This document shows, piece after piece, positions 49,834 through 64,000 of a stretch of DNA of 64,000 bases (its first letter is position 1; every line of letters begins with the position of its first letter). Source of the DNA: Eledone cirrhosa. Taxonomy: Eukaryota. The notes under the pieces are model-generated. The model was given only the letters and a program-made list of their open reading frames with translations. It was not told the DNA's origin and searched no databases. The position numbers and the translations under genes are program-made. Location of the stretch: the NCBI GenBank assembly GCA_964016885.1, contig OZ024743.1, forward strand, positions 84,382,001 through 84,446,000, written 5' to 3'.

Positions 49834-51069
49834 AATATATATATATTCAAAGAAACATTCTGACCCAATATATGGCCACTCCACTGGCTAGAAATAGCAG
49901 CCAAAGTCCTCTGAAACTCTATTTTAAAAAAAGGAAAGATACATTGAATAATGCAGGCAGTCATATATGCACTGTTTTTAAACCTTTCCTTCTCATATTT
50001 CTAATGAGTTTGGATGGGTTTACTAAAATTATTAATTATTACATTAGGATAGTATTTGTAACATAAGACTAAGTAGTAACAAATTGTATGTATGTATGAC
50101 CCTGTAGCTCTTGATAGAGTCATAGGAGTGCCATTATATTAAATGGTGTTTCTTGAGCAGAGCCCATCCTTCTCAAGGTCTGTATACAGTCAATTTCTTC
50201 CAGAAGAGAAAATGATAGAGAGGAAGTGAGAAAAAGATATAGAGGAAGAATCAACCACAGTAGAGCACTGGTACTTTATTTATCCACCTTGAAAGGTAAT
50301 GTTGACTTTGGTGGGATTTAAACACGGAGTACAGAAAACTGGAACAAATACAACAAAGCATTCTATCCAACATACTAACAACTCTGTCATTTTGATGCCA
50401 TCAACATATATCATCACAAACACACACACAATGAGTTCAAACCTCAGACTTCACAACAGCAAAGTAAAGTTAACAACCCAGCCATAACTTTGCTATGTAT
50501 ATACACATTACTTCACATATTGATGTATGTGATACATTCTACATAACAATTCAGTCTGTATATGCATATGTGTGTGTGTACATATGTATAAATATGTGTG
50601 TGTGTGTGTGTGTGTGTGTGTATAAATATGTGTAAGTGTATATATGTATATGTCTATCATCATACATACACACACAAGCACACATATACATGACCAAAAG
50701 ACCATGTTGACTAGCAACTTGCCATGCTCTGTAAGAAGGTTGGCAGTGAAATGGAGACAGTATACAGTAAAGAGGACTCTTTGGTTTTACTGAGTACATA
50801 GCAGCCTCTCTAGTGCTGATGACATGATAAAATACACCCAGCCCACATTGTAAAGTGGAAGTACAAGTACCGTGATAAAATACACCCATCCTACACTCTA
50901 AAGTGTTGGTGCTGGTGCCATGATATAATCCACTCTGTGAAATGTTTGACATTAGTAAGAGCATCGAGCGGAAAAAAACTGCCAAAAATGGATTGTATGA
51001 GCAAGATGTGGTCTCCCTGAGCTGTCTAGTCTCAGACCATGACAACCTGTCCAATCCATGTTGTAGTTG

Positions 51070-51580
51070 TCGCCTAGCATTCACAATTATGGTCAGTAAT
51101 ATTGTGGGGCACCCATTGGTCCAGCTTGGACACATTCCCTATTGCATGCAAATGATTGAGGATGGTTGTGTTCAATGACCCAATTACTTGAGAGAGTTGA
51201 TGTGATGCCTGACATGGGTCGGCTTCCACCAACTCATGCAGTTGCTCGTCCTTGAAGTCAGATGGACATACTGCGTGAGGTTGGACTTCAAGGCTGTAAT
51301 TACCGTTACAGAAGCATGTGAACCAGTGTAACCCAAATGCATTGTTAATGCAACAACTCAATGCTGCTGCAGTTGGCCAGATTTGATATCATAAAGTAAA
51401 TACCTATGAAAACATGATTTTCATAGATCTATGTTGCTTCTCCTTTGACAGCATAACAGAAAATGAGAAATACATGTAGTGCATACCAATATCACTTTTT
51501 ATATATGTGAGCAGGTACAACCTTCAACATTTCCAGAAAACTCGTTTTGAAAAATAGCAAGAACATTCTGTCCAACACAA
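51070..51580 (-). mobile_element. mariner 5' remnant
   Basis: LVEADP..HLHAIG..KLDQWVPHN (WVPHEL-type motif). Confidence 0.7.
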
Positions 51581-51599
51581 GCATATCAAAGATATGCTT

Positions 51600-53735
51600 G
51601 CATGGATTGGATAGGTCCTTTTCCGCACAGCACCTCTCCACTCATCACGTCCCTCTGTGAGGTTCGGCGATTTGAGATCAGTTCTCACCACATCTGGCCA
51701 GTTCTTCCTCAGCCTGCCTTAACTATAGCTTCCTTCCACTGGACTGGCACTTCATCATCCAGCATATCACATGTTCATACCAATGCAGACTTCTCTCTTG
51801 CACACCACCTTGGATTCGTCTTAAATTCAGTTTCTCCCTCAGTTCATCCAAGTAATACCATCCTCTCACATTAACACTGCACATCCATAGAAGCATGGTT
51901 GCTTCATTTCTCTCCAGCCTACATATATTCTCTGCAGTCACTGCACCTGTTTCATTACCATGCAGAATTGCACTTCACATACAAGTATCATACAGCCGTC
52001 CTTTCATAAGAACAAACCTTTTGTTGTCAATAGAGGGAGTAGCTCTCTAAACTTCTTCAATCCTATCCTTATTCTAGCTATTATGCTCCCAGAGCACCCT
52101 CCTCCACTGCTAATTAGATCGCCTAGGTAGCAGAAGCTATCAACCACTTCTATGGATTCTTCATGTGATTGGAAAAGGTTTATATCACTGACACTCTTCC
52201 CATTGATTCTCATTAGTTCCACGGTGGGAACTTATTCTCTAGTTCTATGGATTCAGCTATAAGAACCAGATCATCTGCATAAAGTTCCCATGGACAGCCA
52301 GTCTTAAACTCCTCTGTTATGGCTTGGAGAACTATAATGAAATGAAATGGGATGAGGACTATACCCTGATGAACCCCAGCCTGTACTTTGAATTCCTCAC
52401 AAAATTCACTTTCTACAGCTTCTCAGTACATGGTTTGCTCTGCTCTCACAAGCCATTCTTCTACACTAAATTTTCTTAAGGATCACCAGATAATAGATCA
52501 AGGTACTCTGTCAAAGGCCTTTTATAGACTATCCCAGACCATCCTGCAGCTTTACTGTTCTTCATCTCCTTGATTGGTTCTTTGACCCTATAATTGTCAA
52601 TTTCAATAGCTGGTCCCTCTTTTGGATAAGTTGGGGCTAGTCCCTTTCCTCCCATTCATTCTCCACATTCATCAGCCTCTCATAGTAACATTTCCAGGCC
52701 TCTTTCTTTTGAGTATCAGTGGTGTTAAGTGCACCAGTATCATTTCTGTTATATAACATCTCGATTCACACTGGTACACTGCCTTGCAATGCAGAACACC
52801 TCATGTCTTCGATCCTCATGACCCAAGACATTGGTAAACTTTCTTACTTCAGCCTCTTTCCATGCTATGTCTTCTAGCTTTTCTCTTAGTTACCTGGTGC
52901 GGGTCTCTGTTAACCCCATTTTTCCACGCCTGTATCTTAACCTTAATAGCTCTATCCCTTTTGCTGTTCCATGACCCTCTGTCTGGCTGGTGCTTTGTTC
53001 CAGCCACAAGTCTCATCAGTAGTTCACCATAGGTTGTCATGTAAGAATTTCCAATTGTCCTCTATGTCATATGAATCTAACTTGTCTCCCCCATCACATG
53101 CAACCTGTGGCGCCTTTCTAAACCTATATTTAATAAAAAGGTCCTTTTGCTTCCATTCCCTTCGCTTCCATCTTTTGTGTTTATTCTGATATCACTAATA
53201 ACTGACTTGTGTTTAGTGGCACATTCTTCTCCGGGGGAAGATCTTAGCATTTATTATCCTTCATCTATCTCATTATTTTACAAGTAAGAAATCAATCTGG
53301 CTTGTGTGTTCACCTGATTGGTAGGTGATCAGATGGCTAGCTAGTTTTCTGGATTTGTGTTGCAGATGGTTAGTTCATTTGCATCACAGAATTCCAGGAG
53401 TCTCATTTCCTCTTCATTTCTTGAACCATAACCACATCTGCCATGAACTCCAATGAGTCCATCCTGGTACTGCCCCAAACATCCACTGAAGTTGCCTGCC
53501 GTGATGATGAAGTCTCTGAGGTTGTCTGTAAAATCTCCTCATAGAACCAGTCCTTTTGTTATTTATTTAGTTCTACCTGTGGTGCATGGGTAGATATAAT
53601 TGTCACCATTCTATTGCTTCAACTATTCTAAGATTGATAATTATGTCACTTACTCTAACTACCTCTATTACATTATCTATTTATTCTTCAGCTAGTAGAA
53701 TGCCTACACTACCTAACACATCATCATTTCCTACC
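51600..53735 (-). mobile_element. old degenerate RTE LINE (endonuclease through RT C-terminus)
   Basis: fragments RLERNEA, VDSFCYLGD, FKTGCPWEL, QIDF; many frameshifts. Confidence 0.85.
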
Positions 53736-54846
53736 CAGAAAAGTATATATATATATATTATAGTAGTGCTGGTACCATGACAAAAAGGATCCAGTCCAGT
53801 AAGGTGGAGCAGTGCTGCAGTCATAATAAAATGACTCCCACTATATGCTGTAAAATTGTTGGCATTAGGAATGGCATTCAGCCATAGAAACAAAGCCAAA
53901 TACGGAGTATATGAGCAAGACCAGTCTAGCCACATAGCATGACAGCCCCTCTAATCTATGCAAGCATGGAAACTGGCCATTAAACAGTGATTATGATGAT
54001 GATGATATATTTGTGTTTGTATCCCAGTTTGTATCCCTATAACTTATTAGTTTGACAGAGAAAAATTGATAAAATAGGGAGCAAACTTGAAAAAATAAGT
54101 TGATACAATCAGCTAGATCCCTTTATGGTGGTGCCCCAGCATGGCCATAGTGTAATAACTGAAACCAGTAAAAGATTACAAGAATACATATATATACACA
54201 TATGTGTGTGTGTGTGTGTGTTTGTGTGAGTATTAATGGGGGTGCTACAGCATAGTCATGATCTAATTAACTGCCTTCAACTTCGATACACACAACTGAG
54301 TATAGATTTACTTTAACATGGAGTCTGAGTGTCTTAGAGAAGGAATGGGAAGTAATGGTGATCATGCCCTTCCCATATATACTAAAGACCTCATTAAACT
54401 GGTTTTTTATGTAGAATTTAATACAGGCCGTGCACTATGTTGACATAATGTTATTGCAACACAGTATATATATATATATATATATGTGCAGATATACATT
54501 CATATCTGCACATATATATGTATGTGTGTGTACATAATATGCTCACACAGTGTGTATATACTTATATGCACACATAAATATACCCCCCCCCCATGTAGAC
54601 ATACATACATGTATGCACACACACACACACACACACACACCCATATATATATATATACACACACACACGTATACTAGTAAACGCACACACATGTATACTA
54701 ATAAACACACACTTATGCATGCAATCACACAAACACATAGAAACAGACATATACACACTCATATATAGTATCGCATTTGCACATACACTCAGTATGAAAG
54801 GCTGTCTATATGTGGGTTGTATAAAATGGGAGGAATGAAGCATGCA

Positions 54847-54902
<56 letters not shown>

Positions 54903-54963
54903 TGAAGTTTCTGTGGAAACAGTAAAAGGAATGAAGAGTGCTCTATGTAAGTAACAGAGCTAA

Positions 54964-55169
54964 ATATTTAATGTATAATAAACAACACAGTATAATTACC
55001 TCATTACCCGAGGTTTCTCGAACAGGATGAACACAAGAGATGTCCACATTGGTTCGTCAGATAAGGCAATATATTGCGAACGAATGTGGACATCTCTTGT
55101 GTTCATCCTGTTCTGGAAACCTCGGGTAATGAGGTAATTATACTGTGTTGTTTATTATACATTAAATAT
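54964..55169. repeat. fold-back cassette (family B), 87-bp arms
   Basis: 54964-55050 / 55083-55169. Confidence 0.93.
54999..55066 (-). ncRNA. type I hammerhead ribozyme (family B)
   Basis: CCTTAT-CTGACGA-(long stem II region)-GAAA-CCTCGG-GTA-ATGAGG. Confidence 0.7.
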
Positions 55170-55704
55170 ATATATATATGAGTTGTCACCGGTAGATAGT
55201 ATCAGCAATGGAAAGACGATTGGAAACACTATTTCTATGGTCTGATTTAACGTGTTCCACCCCACTTGGTAAGCGAATAAGGCCCTGTTATCTTGTCGAT
55301 CGAACTCTATATAAACAGTATGTGGTGTAATGGTGTATGGTGGTGGTGTATATAGAGGATTATATGTGGTTTGTGTATGATGTATGATTGTGCATGGTAG
55401 TGTATATAGAGCACTATATGTAGCATATATGTGAGGTGGTGTATGGTAGTGTATATAGACGACAGTATGTGGTGTGTGTATATGATATGTGATGGTGTAT
55501 AATAGTGAATGTAGAGAACTGTATATGGTGTATATAATGTGTGGTTGTGTATGGTAGTGTATATATATAAGAAGCAATGAGTATATGGTATGTATAAGAT
55601 GTGGTGGTGCATGATATGTGATGATGTATGGCAATGTGTTTATATATATATGTGTATATATATATATTCATTTCATTTCATTTGTGTGTGTATATATTTA
55701 TATA

Positions 55705-55742
<38 letters not shown>

Positions 55743-56726
55743 TGTATGTATGTGTGTGTGTATCATCATCATCATCATCATCATCATCGTTTAACGTCCA
55801 TTTTCCACGCTAGCATGGGTCTGGACGGGATATATATATATAGGAAGAAATGACTATATAGTATGTATAAGATGTGGTGGTATATGATGTGTGAGGTATA
55901 TGGTAATGAAATATGGACAGCAAATATAGAAGAGTTAAACATCATTATCATCATGTTATGACCAATATTTATCATCATGTTATGATCAATATTTATGTGG
56001 TGAAAGGTACATCAGATCTGATGTGATTCTGACTGATAATCTTGTTACTTTAATCTATGACACACATGGTGTCCTGAAACAAGAATAATGTTGTTCACCA
56101 AACACGGAAAATTTTACAGCCATATTAATAGAAAATATGTTAACCCTTCAGCATTTACATTATTCTACTATTGTATTTTCGCAGTAAAGGCTTAATCTCA
56201 CATAATTATTTTATGTAATATCGAGTCTATGAGATTTTGTTGATGTTATTATTTAATGTCGGTATGAGGGGTGAGAGAATTCTGGCCAGTTATGGCCGAT
56301 TTAAATGCTAAAGGGTTATGCTTGTAATACTGGGGTTGACAGAGAAATCTATGCAGTTCTAAGTGGTTAGTTTGCAAAGCAATACCACAACTAATTATAG
56401 AGTAACACAACTTCTAAGTATATAGAATCATAACACAATATATAGAATCACAATTAATTATAGAGAACCACAATACAGTATATAGTACCACAATGTAAGG
56501 TACCACGACTTGTAAGTATCATCATCATCATTCTCTGCCATTACTATAAGATGGAGGCCTCCTCCTCAACATTATCATCATGGCGGTCCCAATTGTTCCT
56601 GTCCTGTGTCACTCACCTAATGTCCATCAACCTATTAATCCCATCCTTTAATATCATCCTCTGCCTTTCTCAACTAGGTAACCCCCCCCCCCCCCCCTCT
56701 CAATCTCCAGTCTTCACACAGTTTTA

Positions 56727-57065
56727 TAATAATAATAATGAAAATTATTGTGTACAGTGCTAAGGTCCACTACAACTCATCAAAGGTGCATGTATAGTAT
56801 ATAGAATAATGTACAAATGTTAAGAAAGTGAAAAGCGTATGGGTCACCATATACACACTCACATATGCATGTGTGTAATATGGAGGGGGAATATCAGGGG
56901 CAAATTTTGGGAAGCATGGAAGTTTTGAAGGATGCAGTGTCTCGACAGCTAACAACTGATGCAGGTAGTTTGTTCCATGCTTCAGCAACTCTGAGTGTGA
57001 AAAAATGTTTCTGAAAGTCATGTGGACTGTACTGTTTTCTGATTTTGTAAGCATGTCCACATATT
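56727..57065 (-). mobile_element. CR1-type LINE 3' remnant
   Basis: HFFTLRVAEAWNKLP..FK; (ATT)n tail; the same tail occurs at 30525-30585. Confidence 0.75.
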
Positions 57066-57252
57066 GAAACATTCGTAGATGTGTAAATAAACAACAATAA
57101 TTTTAATCCTTGGTCTTACTGAATTTTGAATTATAAATGCTCTGCTACTATATCTATTTGCTTCTGAAGAACAAAGGGTAAAAGAGGCATTGAGCTTAAC
57201 TTATCTTACCAATGAAAATAGTGAACTAGTACACTATGACCTCATATATTAG

Positions 57253-57285
<33 letters not shown>

Positions 57286-57435
57286 ATATATATTCATTTA
57301 AGTTTGGTGGTTCACCACTTGATAGAACTGGTAATTCCGTTTAGTTAACCATGATGTAATAGTAGGAAAAGCAATCAACATTACGCAACTCATCCATCTT
57401 TGATGTTGAATCCTGTTGGTGGTGCAGGAATTAAT

Positions 57436-57580
57436 TATTATTGATTAAAATGACAAGAGACGGGCTGGTGAAATTCCTTCAAAGTTTTATTTATGGCCAC
57501 TAAAATGTATATAGCGTTTGTAGAATAAAACTTTGAAGGAATTTCACCAGTCTGGCCTCCTGTCATTTTACTCAATAATA
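57436..57580. repeat. imperfect inverted repeat, ~55-bp arms
   Basis: CTGGTGAAATTCCTTCAAAGTTTTAT and its reverse complement. Confidence 0.8.
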
Positions 57581-57584
57581 TATA

Positions 57585-57931
57585 TCATCATCATCATCAT
57601 CATTTCATTTTACGTCCGCTTTTTCCCTGCTTGCAAGAGTGGGACGGGAACTGATTCTGGCTTGATTTCTACAGCTGGATGCCCTTCCTAACACCAACCT
57701 CATTTACAGTGAGTGCTGGGTGCTTTTTTGCCGTGGCACCTCCATGACCACTTTACAGTGGAATGATAGGGACCCCAGTCCCTATCATCTCATTTCTACA
57801 GCTGAGTAAACTGGAGCAATGTGAAATAAAGTGTCTTGCTCAAGGAAACAACACATCACCCGGTCTGAGAATTGAACTCACAACCTTTCGATTGCAAGGC
57901 CAATGCTCTAACCACTAAGCTATGTGCCTCC
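57585..57931 (-). mobile_element. full-length tRNA-derived SINE (family 1) with RTE-derived tail
   Basis: A-box TAGCTTAGTGG, B-box GAGTTCAATTC, tail shared with RTE 3' UTR at 10800-11060. Confidence 0.92.
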
Positions 57932-57962
<31 letters not shown>

Positions 57963-58689
57963 TGTATGTGTATATATATACACATATCTTTTTTCAAGAA
58001 AAATAAAAAAAATAAATTTAATTGACAAAAATTGTTTCACATTGTCAAAAGTTCTTCTATGAGAAAAATAGCTTATATAACCACAAATGTATTTACAGAG
58101 GAAAGAAGTTATAACAGTGTTATAACAGCCTGCCAACATTATATTTTATATAACCACTATATTATATCCTCAGGCAGGAAATTGGCAGTCTTCAGAATGT
58201 TAGATAAGATGCTTTGCAGTATTTATTCCAGCTCTCTGTGCACTGGGTTCAAATTCAACCTTTTGAGGTCGATAAAAAAGAAGTACCAATCCACTACTGG
58301 GGTCAATTCTTCCTCCATATCTCTTTCTCTGGAAAAAACCAACTGTGTTCACACCTGGCAAGGGATAGTCTCCACCAGGTTTAAAATACCTATGACATTC
58401 TGTTTGTCACAATGGCACCCCTGCGACACCGTCAGGGGTTACAGGTCCATAGATACATATTGTTATTATGTCTTGTACAAATATATTTATATTAGTCAGT
58501 TGATAAACATAGAAAAGAGCCATATAGAGGAAGTAAAAAGATGAATCTAAGGTGGACGGTGTGTTTTTTGGTCAATTAAATGATATCATGAAAAATAAGA
58601 TACCACTATTCCTGAAGAGCAGTGTATTGTACCAGCAATAACTTATGGGGCAAAGAGATGGTTGATAATTAAACAAGGAACATAAACTT

Positions 58690-58980
58690 CTTGTTACAGT
58701 TGACACCTATGTAGATTTAACTGTCTCCCTACAAGGTTGTATCTCATATGAGGTTTTTTGACTGTTTTAATGTTAGGGTTCTCAGTCCTATCATATTGCT
58801 GTTACAGCTCACACCTATGTAAGTTTCGTTGGTCTCCTACACGGTTGAATTTCATAGGTTTCTTGGATGTTTTAATGATAGGGTTCCCAGTCGTATCCCA
58901 TTGTTATTACAGCTCACACCTGTGTAGGTTTAGTTGGTCTCCTACAAGATTTATTGGGTGTTTTAATGAAAGGGTTCCAA
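58690..58980. repeat. ~105-bp degenerate tandem repeat, three copies
   Basis: TTACAG.T.ACACCT.TGTA at about 58693, 58801 and 58905. Confidence 0.7.
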
Positions 58981-59229
58981 TTCTAGCAATGGGAAAAGTA
59001 ATGTGAGATGAAGCATCTTGTTCAAGTACACATGGCGCTGTCCAACCCATGAATCAAACCTAAAACCTTATGAGTGTAAGTCCAGCATGCTAACCACTAG
59101 GCTACATACCTTTGAACAGGAGCTTAGAACAACACATTGAAATATAGAAAGATCCACGTTAGGAATCCCTTCCAAGAGAACTTTTCAATCGATAAGAAAG
59201 CAAATAAAAGTAAAGAGTACTTCTAAGTA

Positions 59230-60506
59230 CGAGGGCAATCCCAAAAGTAAGGTCTCCTTTTTTTTAGAAATACAAACAACCGTTTATTTTCTATGATATT
59301 TACATCATTTTAAAGGTTGAACAATTATTTATTTTTCTACATAATCGCCATTTCGGTCGATGCATTTTTGTAGACGCTGTGGCAGTTTTTGTATGCTCAT
59401 GTCATACCAGTTCGCTGCCATGTCCTCCAGGAAGTGTTGAACCTCATCTTTCACCTCTTCGTTGGAGCAGAATCGCCTTCCGGCCAAATGTTCTTTCAAC
59501 TTAGGGAACAGGTGGTAGTCACTGGGTGCCAAGTCCGGACTATAGGGTGGGTGGGTGATGATGTTCCAACCAAAGTTTTGCAGGAGAGCGACGGTTTGAC
59601 GGGCGACGTGTGGGCGAGTATTGTCATGGAGAATGCTTATGCCCGGGCTCAACATTCCTCTTCTCCGGTTCAGAATTGCCCTTCTGAGTTTTTTCAGTGT
59701 TTCACAGTACCTGTCAGCGTTTATTGTGGTCCCAGCAGGCATAAAGTCGACCAACAAAACCCCCTTCCGGTCCCAAACACAGTCGCCATGACTTTACCGG
59801 CTTGGTCAAAGAGGGATGCCGCCACTCGCATGATTGTTGTTTGGTCTCAGGTATAAAGTGGAACGCACAGGTTTCGTCACCCGTGACAATCGAGTCCAAG
59901 AAGTTGTCCTTTTCGTCTGCATAGTGGCGAAAAGATTTGCAGGAAGAATCAATTCATTGCCGTTTATGGTCTTCTGTCAGCATTCGTGGCACCCATCTTG
60001 CGCACACCTTCTGATATTGCAACTTTTCCGTTAAAATCCTGTGGATCGTTCTCCGGGAAACCTCAGGAACCAAAATACAGAGAGCATCCAGAGTGATCCG
60101 CCGATCTTTACACGTTTTCCTCAACCTTTGCAACTGTCTCGCTCCTTTGTTCGTCGTGAATTTCAGTATGACCGGCTGTAAACTCTCTACACCACTTGCG
60201 AACGTTTTTGACATCCATGCACGACTGTCCATACACTTCCGTCAATTGGCGATGAATTTCAATCGGTTCAACGCCTTTTGCGTTCAAAAATCGAATAACT
60301 GCACGAACTTCGCACTTGGCGGTAGCGTACAACAAGAGCTCCATTCTCAACGGCTGCCAAGCCAAGATTGAGCATCCCAGCAAAGCGCGCACATGTTTGT
60401 TTTGGAGTGAAGGAAGCACCAATCACAACAGTGTTGCCAACAGCCATACGAACAGTTTCTCTGCGTCTCCATCGCTTTGGAGGCCTTACTTTTGGGATTA
60501 CCTTCG
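59230..60506 (-). mobile_element. full-length mariner DNA transposon
   Basis: 28-bp TIRs CGAGGGCAATCCCAAAAGTAAGGTCTCC; TA duplication at 59228 and 60507. Confidence 0.96.
59329..60344 (-). pseudogene. mariner DD34D transposase, frameshifted
   Basis: WVPRML, TGDET, HDNTRPH, YSPDLAPSDYHLF spread across four ORFs. Confidence 0.93.
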
Positions 60507-62101
60507 TAGATAATAGTGCATCTTGTAAGTATTTATATAGTATTAGAGTTATAAAAGATGTGAGGGCATTGATGCCTTTCCGAAGTAGAATTTACTTGTG
60601 AAACTAGTGAAATATCTTCAAATGACAGTCACAATTACCAATAAAAATTGAAGTTGTAGTAACTTTATTGTTGTGTGTGTAGAATATTGTGGAGTATATA
60701 TGTGTATGTAGAGTGTGTATAGTGCCTGTGCAATGCATGTAAAGTGTGTGTGAGGGGATGTAATGTGTGTGGTGTCTCTGTGTGTGTTATGTAAAGTGTG
60801 TGTGGGGTATGGGAAATGTGCGTGTGTTGATGTGTGTAGTGTGAGTGTGTGTACCTGTGTAGTGTGTGAAACTGTGTATTGTGAACTCACTCCATTGTGT
60901 AGGTGGAGGCGGAGATGGTGGTGTAGGTGGAAGAGGAGGTGGTGTGAAGTATAAATAGAATAAGATAGATTCCATTGTGTAGTAAGATATTCGGGATAAT
61001 TAAAGTGGAATTAATGAAGTTAATGAGAGAGAGAGACATGAAATATATATATTTGTGTGTGTTTATGTGGATGTCTGCATTTGTGTTTCTGTCTATGTTT
61101 ATGTTCCATAACTTAGCAGTTTGACAAAAAGACATTGATAAAATAAATACTAGACTTGAAAGGAAAACGTACTGAAGGTGGAGCTGAGGGAGTTGATACA
61201 ATTGACTTTAAAGCAGTGCCACAGAATGGCCTCAGTCTAATGGCTGAAACCAGTCAAAGAATTGAAGAATATGTGGAAAGTCTATTTAACAGCTTTCTTT
61301 TCATGTCGAGACTTCAAGTGTCCTTGATCCCAGAACTGTAAATTTGAAAAGTGCGCATCCTGCCAGAAGAAGGAGCCCCATAGACTTGCTGATGCAGTGA
61401 GTATCACTAGCTGTTCTCTGCAATAATGTCTTTGTCATTTTGTCCACAGGGTATAGCTAGAATATACAACCTAGACTTTGGTGTAGAGTCTGCAGCTCCA
61501 TCCCCCCTTTCCTTTACTTTTGCAACCAAGGAGAATTTAAGAATTTAACCCTTTCATGACTACATTTCTAATGAAATACACTTTATTTTAACTAATTAAT
61601 GAAGAATTTTGAGAGATTTCCAAAAATTATTAACTATTTCATTACTAAGATAGTAACTTAATGTAAGGTTCTTATATAACATTATGTTGGAAGGTTTTTA
61701 TTTAAATTGGAAAATTATAAAATGGGTGTTTTTATTTCATAAAACCAGAGCTGGTTTTGGCTGGGTTGGTAACAAAAGGGTTAAGAGACTTTAATCGTCA
61801 ACACACAGAAGCCACAAATAGACAATAGATCAGAACTACATGGAGCAGAGTCGCTTCTATGACTGCTCCAGGCATGCGCAATCAACGCACTTGGACCAGT
61901 TAAAGAAAATTGCATCATTCATTTTTGTTTTGCATTTGTAAAGAGGGTCATAACCTTGAAATATATTGAAATATTCTGGGTAAAAGACATTACTTTGTTT
62001 TGTTTTATTTATCATCCTTTACCCTTTATATATTTCTACCACATTGTACCATCTTTCTGAAACATTTACCAATCACTTATTACATATCTCACAATGCTTC
62101 A

Positions 62102-62712
62102 TCAATATATCTAAAACAGAGAATGTCTGTCTGTCTGTCTCCCTAAAACTCGAGAACCACCCAACCGATTGTTTTCAAACTTTACACGTGTAATACTTAT
62201 GGTCCTATGAGTGTTTTGAGCAAAAACAATTTCAAATTTTCAATGCCATACGGACCGCATTAGGTGATTTCGCGATCTCTCTCTATATATCTTAGTCTTT
62301 CTTTTTAGATAGATACATAAATATAATGTTGCGCCCTTATAGTATCTGTCTGTATGTCTGACTGCCTGCATTACAACATTATGACGCTACCTGTGTGTGT
62401 GTATGTGTGTATATATGTATATATAGTGAGTAACGTTTTTCGAAATATTTACTTCTGTGTTCACAGATTGATTTTTTAAGTTTCAGAAGATCCCGTTAAG
62501 GGTGAAAGCAGCAATTCTTTGCTTAAACTTTAATCTGTTATTTTAATATATATATATATATAATTATATATTTGTGTACAGATATTTTTGCATACACAAT
62601 AACAAAATATAAACAAACGTATTTATTTCACGAGGCTCGATAAGGATAAATATATATCAAATATATAAGAACCCTAGAGCAAATCCCGAGTAACGCCGGG
62701 CCATTCTGCTAG
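62102..62712 (+). mobile_element. complete non-autonomous Helitron
   Basis: A|TC start, (GTCT)n, hairpin CCCG..CGGG at 62685-62700, CTAG|T end. Confidence 0.85.
62479..62529 (+). ncRNA. hammerhead-fold motif, U4A variant (family C), inside the Helitron
   Basis: same motif as 34536 and 35934. Confidence 0.6.
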
Positions 62713-63209
62713 TATTAACTATTATGTCCGATTTCAAATTGAATGTGCTTAAGGAAATCGGACATTTCATACTTAAGGATCTAATAATTTTTTATTTATT
62801 ATATTTGGAGGGAGTCATGTCTTAATATTGCCAGAAAAATATTTATTTTCACTCATTCTTTTTCTTTTATTGCAAATATTACATGATCCAACTAAAATTT
62901 GTAAAATAAAATATGAATAACAGAAAAAATTTAACAGTGGATGTTGTGAAGAACATCAAACTAACAAAAAAAAATAACACCAACATCATTGTGAGAACCT
63001 CTAAGTGGTATCTTGACCGATGAGAAATAGCAGCTAAATCACCCTCGAATCTTACCCTAGCATCTTTAACTCTTAACATCTTGTACCACATGAAACCACA
63101 TTAGCAAGACATTATTGAACAGTACAAAACAGCATTATGACTGCATCACTATAAAAATTTAAAACTTTGTGAGTTTACTGCAAATCTTCCTAGCAACCGG
63201 TCCATTATA

Positions 63210-63395
63210 ATTGTTTCTACGTTAGGCACAAGGCCAACAATTACCCAGTGCATTACTGGTACTTTATTTTATCGACCCCGTAAGGATGAAAGGCAAAGTT
63301 AACCTCGGCGGGATTTGAACTCAGAATGGCAGGGGCCGTAACTCTATACGTCAAAGCATGGCGTCCGACCCTCTACCAATACTGCCAAATGACGC
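63210..63395 (-). mobile_element. tRNA-derived SINE (family 2)
   Basis: A-box and B-box, shared body; further decayed copies near 44.3, 46.6, 50.3 and 58.2 kb. Confidence 0.8.
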
Positions 63396-64000
63396 TGTAA
63401 ATATTTGAATCAACAAACTTGTTTTTAGATATTTTCTGCTAAATTATTACAAGATGTTAAGGGTTAAAAACATAGAACACATTAGATAGTGTAGTCTTAG
63501 ATACACTGTTTGAATTGAATAAAGGATAGGATGGTCATGGTTGGAACATTTTTGATTCTGCATACTCATTACTGCCCTGGGGGCTAAATATCATAACACC
63601 ACCAGTGTAACTTTACTAATGTGTGTAGAGAGATCTGTGTGGTGTAAATGTTGTGTGCAATATGGTAGTGTGTATGTGTGAGGTGTGTAGTATATTGTGG
63701 TGTGTGTAGTGTGATGTGTATATGCAGTGGTGTGTGAGTGTGTAGTGTATCTAGTGTGGTGTGGGGTGTGTAGTGCTGAGATCAGTGTTTTTAGGTTGTG
63801 GTTCATCAAGAGAGGAAGGGGTGTAGGGTGATCACTTCAGTGTACAGGGGAGGAGAGGTAAGAGGGGTAGGGTGTTCACCTGAGTGTACTGGGGGAGGGA
63901 GGGATAAGAGGGTATTCACCTGAGTGTAGTGGAGGAGGAGAGCTACTAGGATGATCATCAGTGGAGCAGGTGGGGGGTATCATGAGAGGGAGAAGGGCTA

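Noticed and set aside
57855-57931. tRNA gene
   Set aside because: A and B boxes continue into a SINE body and tail; it is a SINE head

Overview
Eukaryotic, very AT-rich, repeat-dominated window with no complete host gene I can identify. The mix of huge (TA)n arrays, RTE LINEs, tRNA-derived SINEs and mariners looks like a cephalopod/mollusc genome (inference). Most long ORFs in the track are translations of (TA)n arrays. Real coding signal is transposon-derived: two near-intact 5'-truncated RTE RT ORFs with an embedded PHD-like finger, an RTE insertion with a twin-priming-type inversion, Penelope-like (PLE) GIY-YIG fragments, a full-length frameshifted mariner and a CR1 remnant. Non-autonomous Helitrons are also present. 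The most striking feature is about a dozen hammerhead-ribozyme (HHR) motifs of several unrelated sequence families, read by eye. Most sit in short fold-back cassettes embedded in TA microsatellites. They include core variants (U3-A8 covariation, U4A) and one HHR-bearing PLE end that appears to have been captured and carried by a Helitron family. All folds and alignments are manual and need computational and biochemical confirmation.
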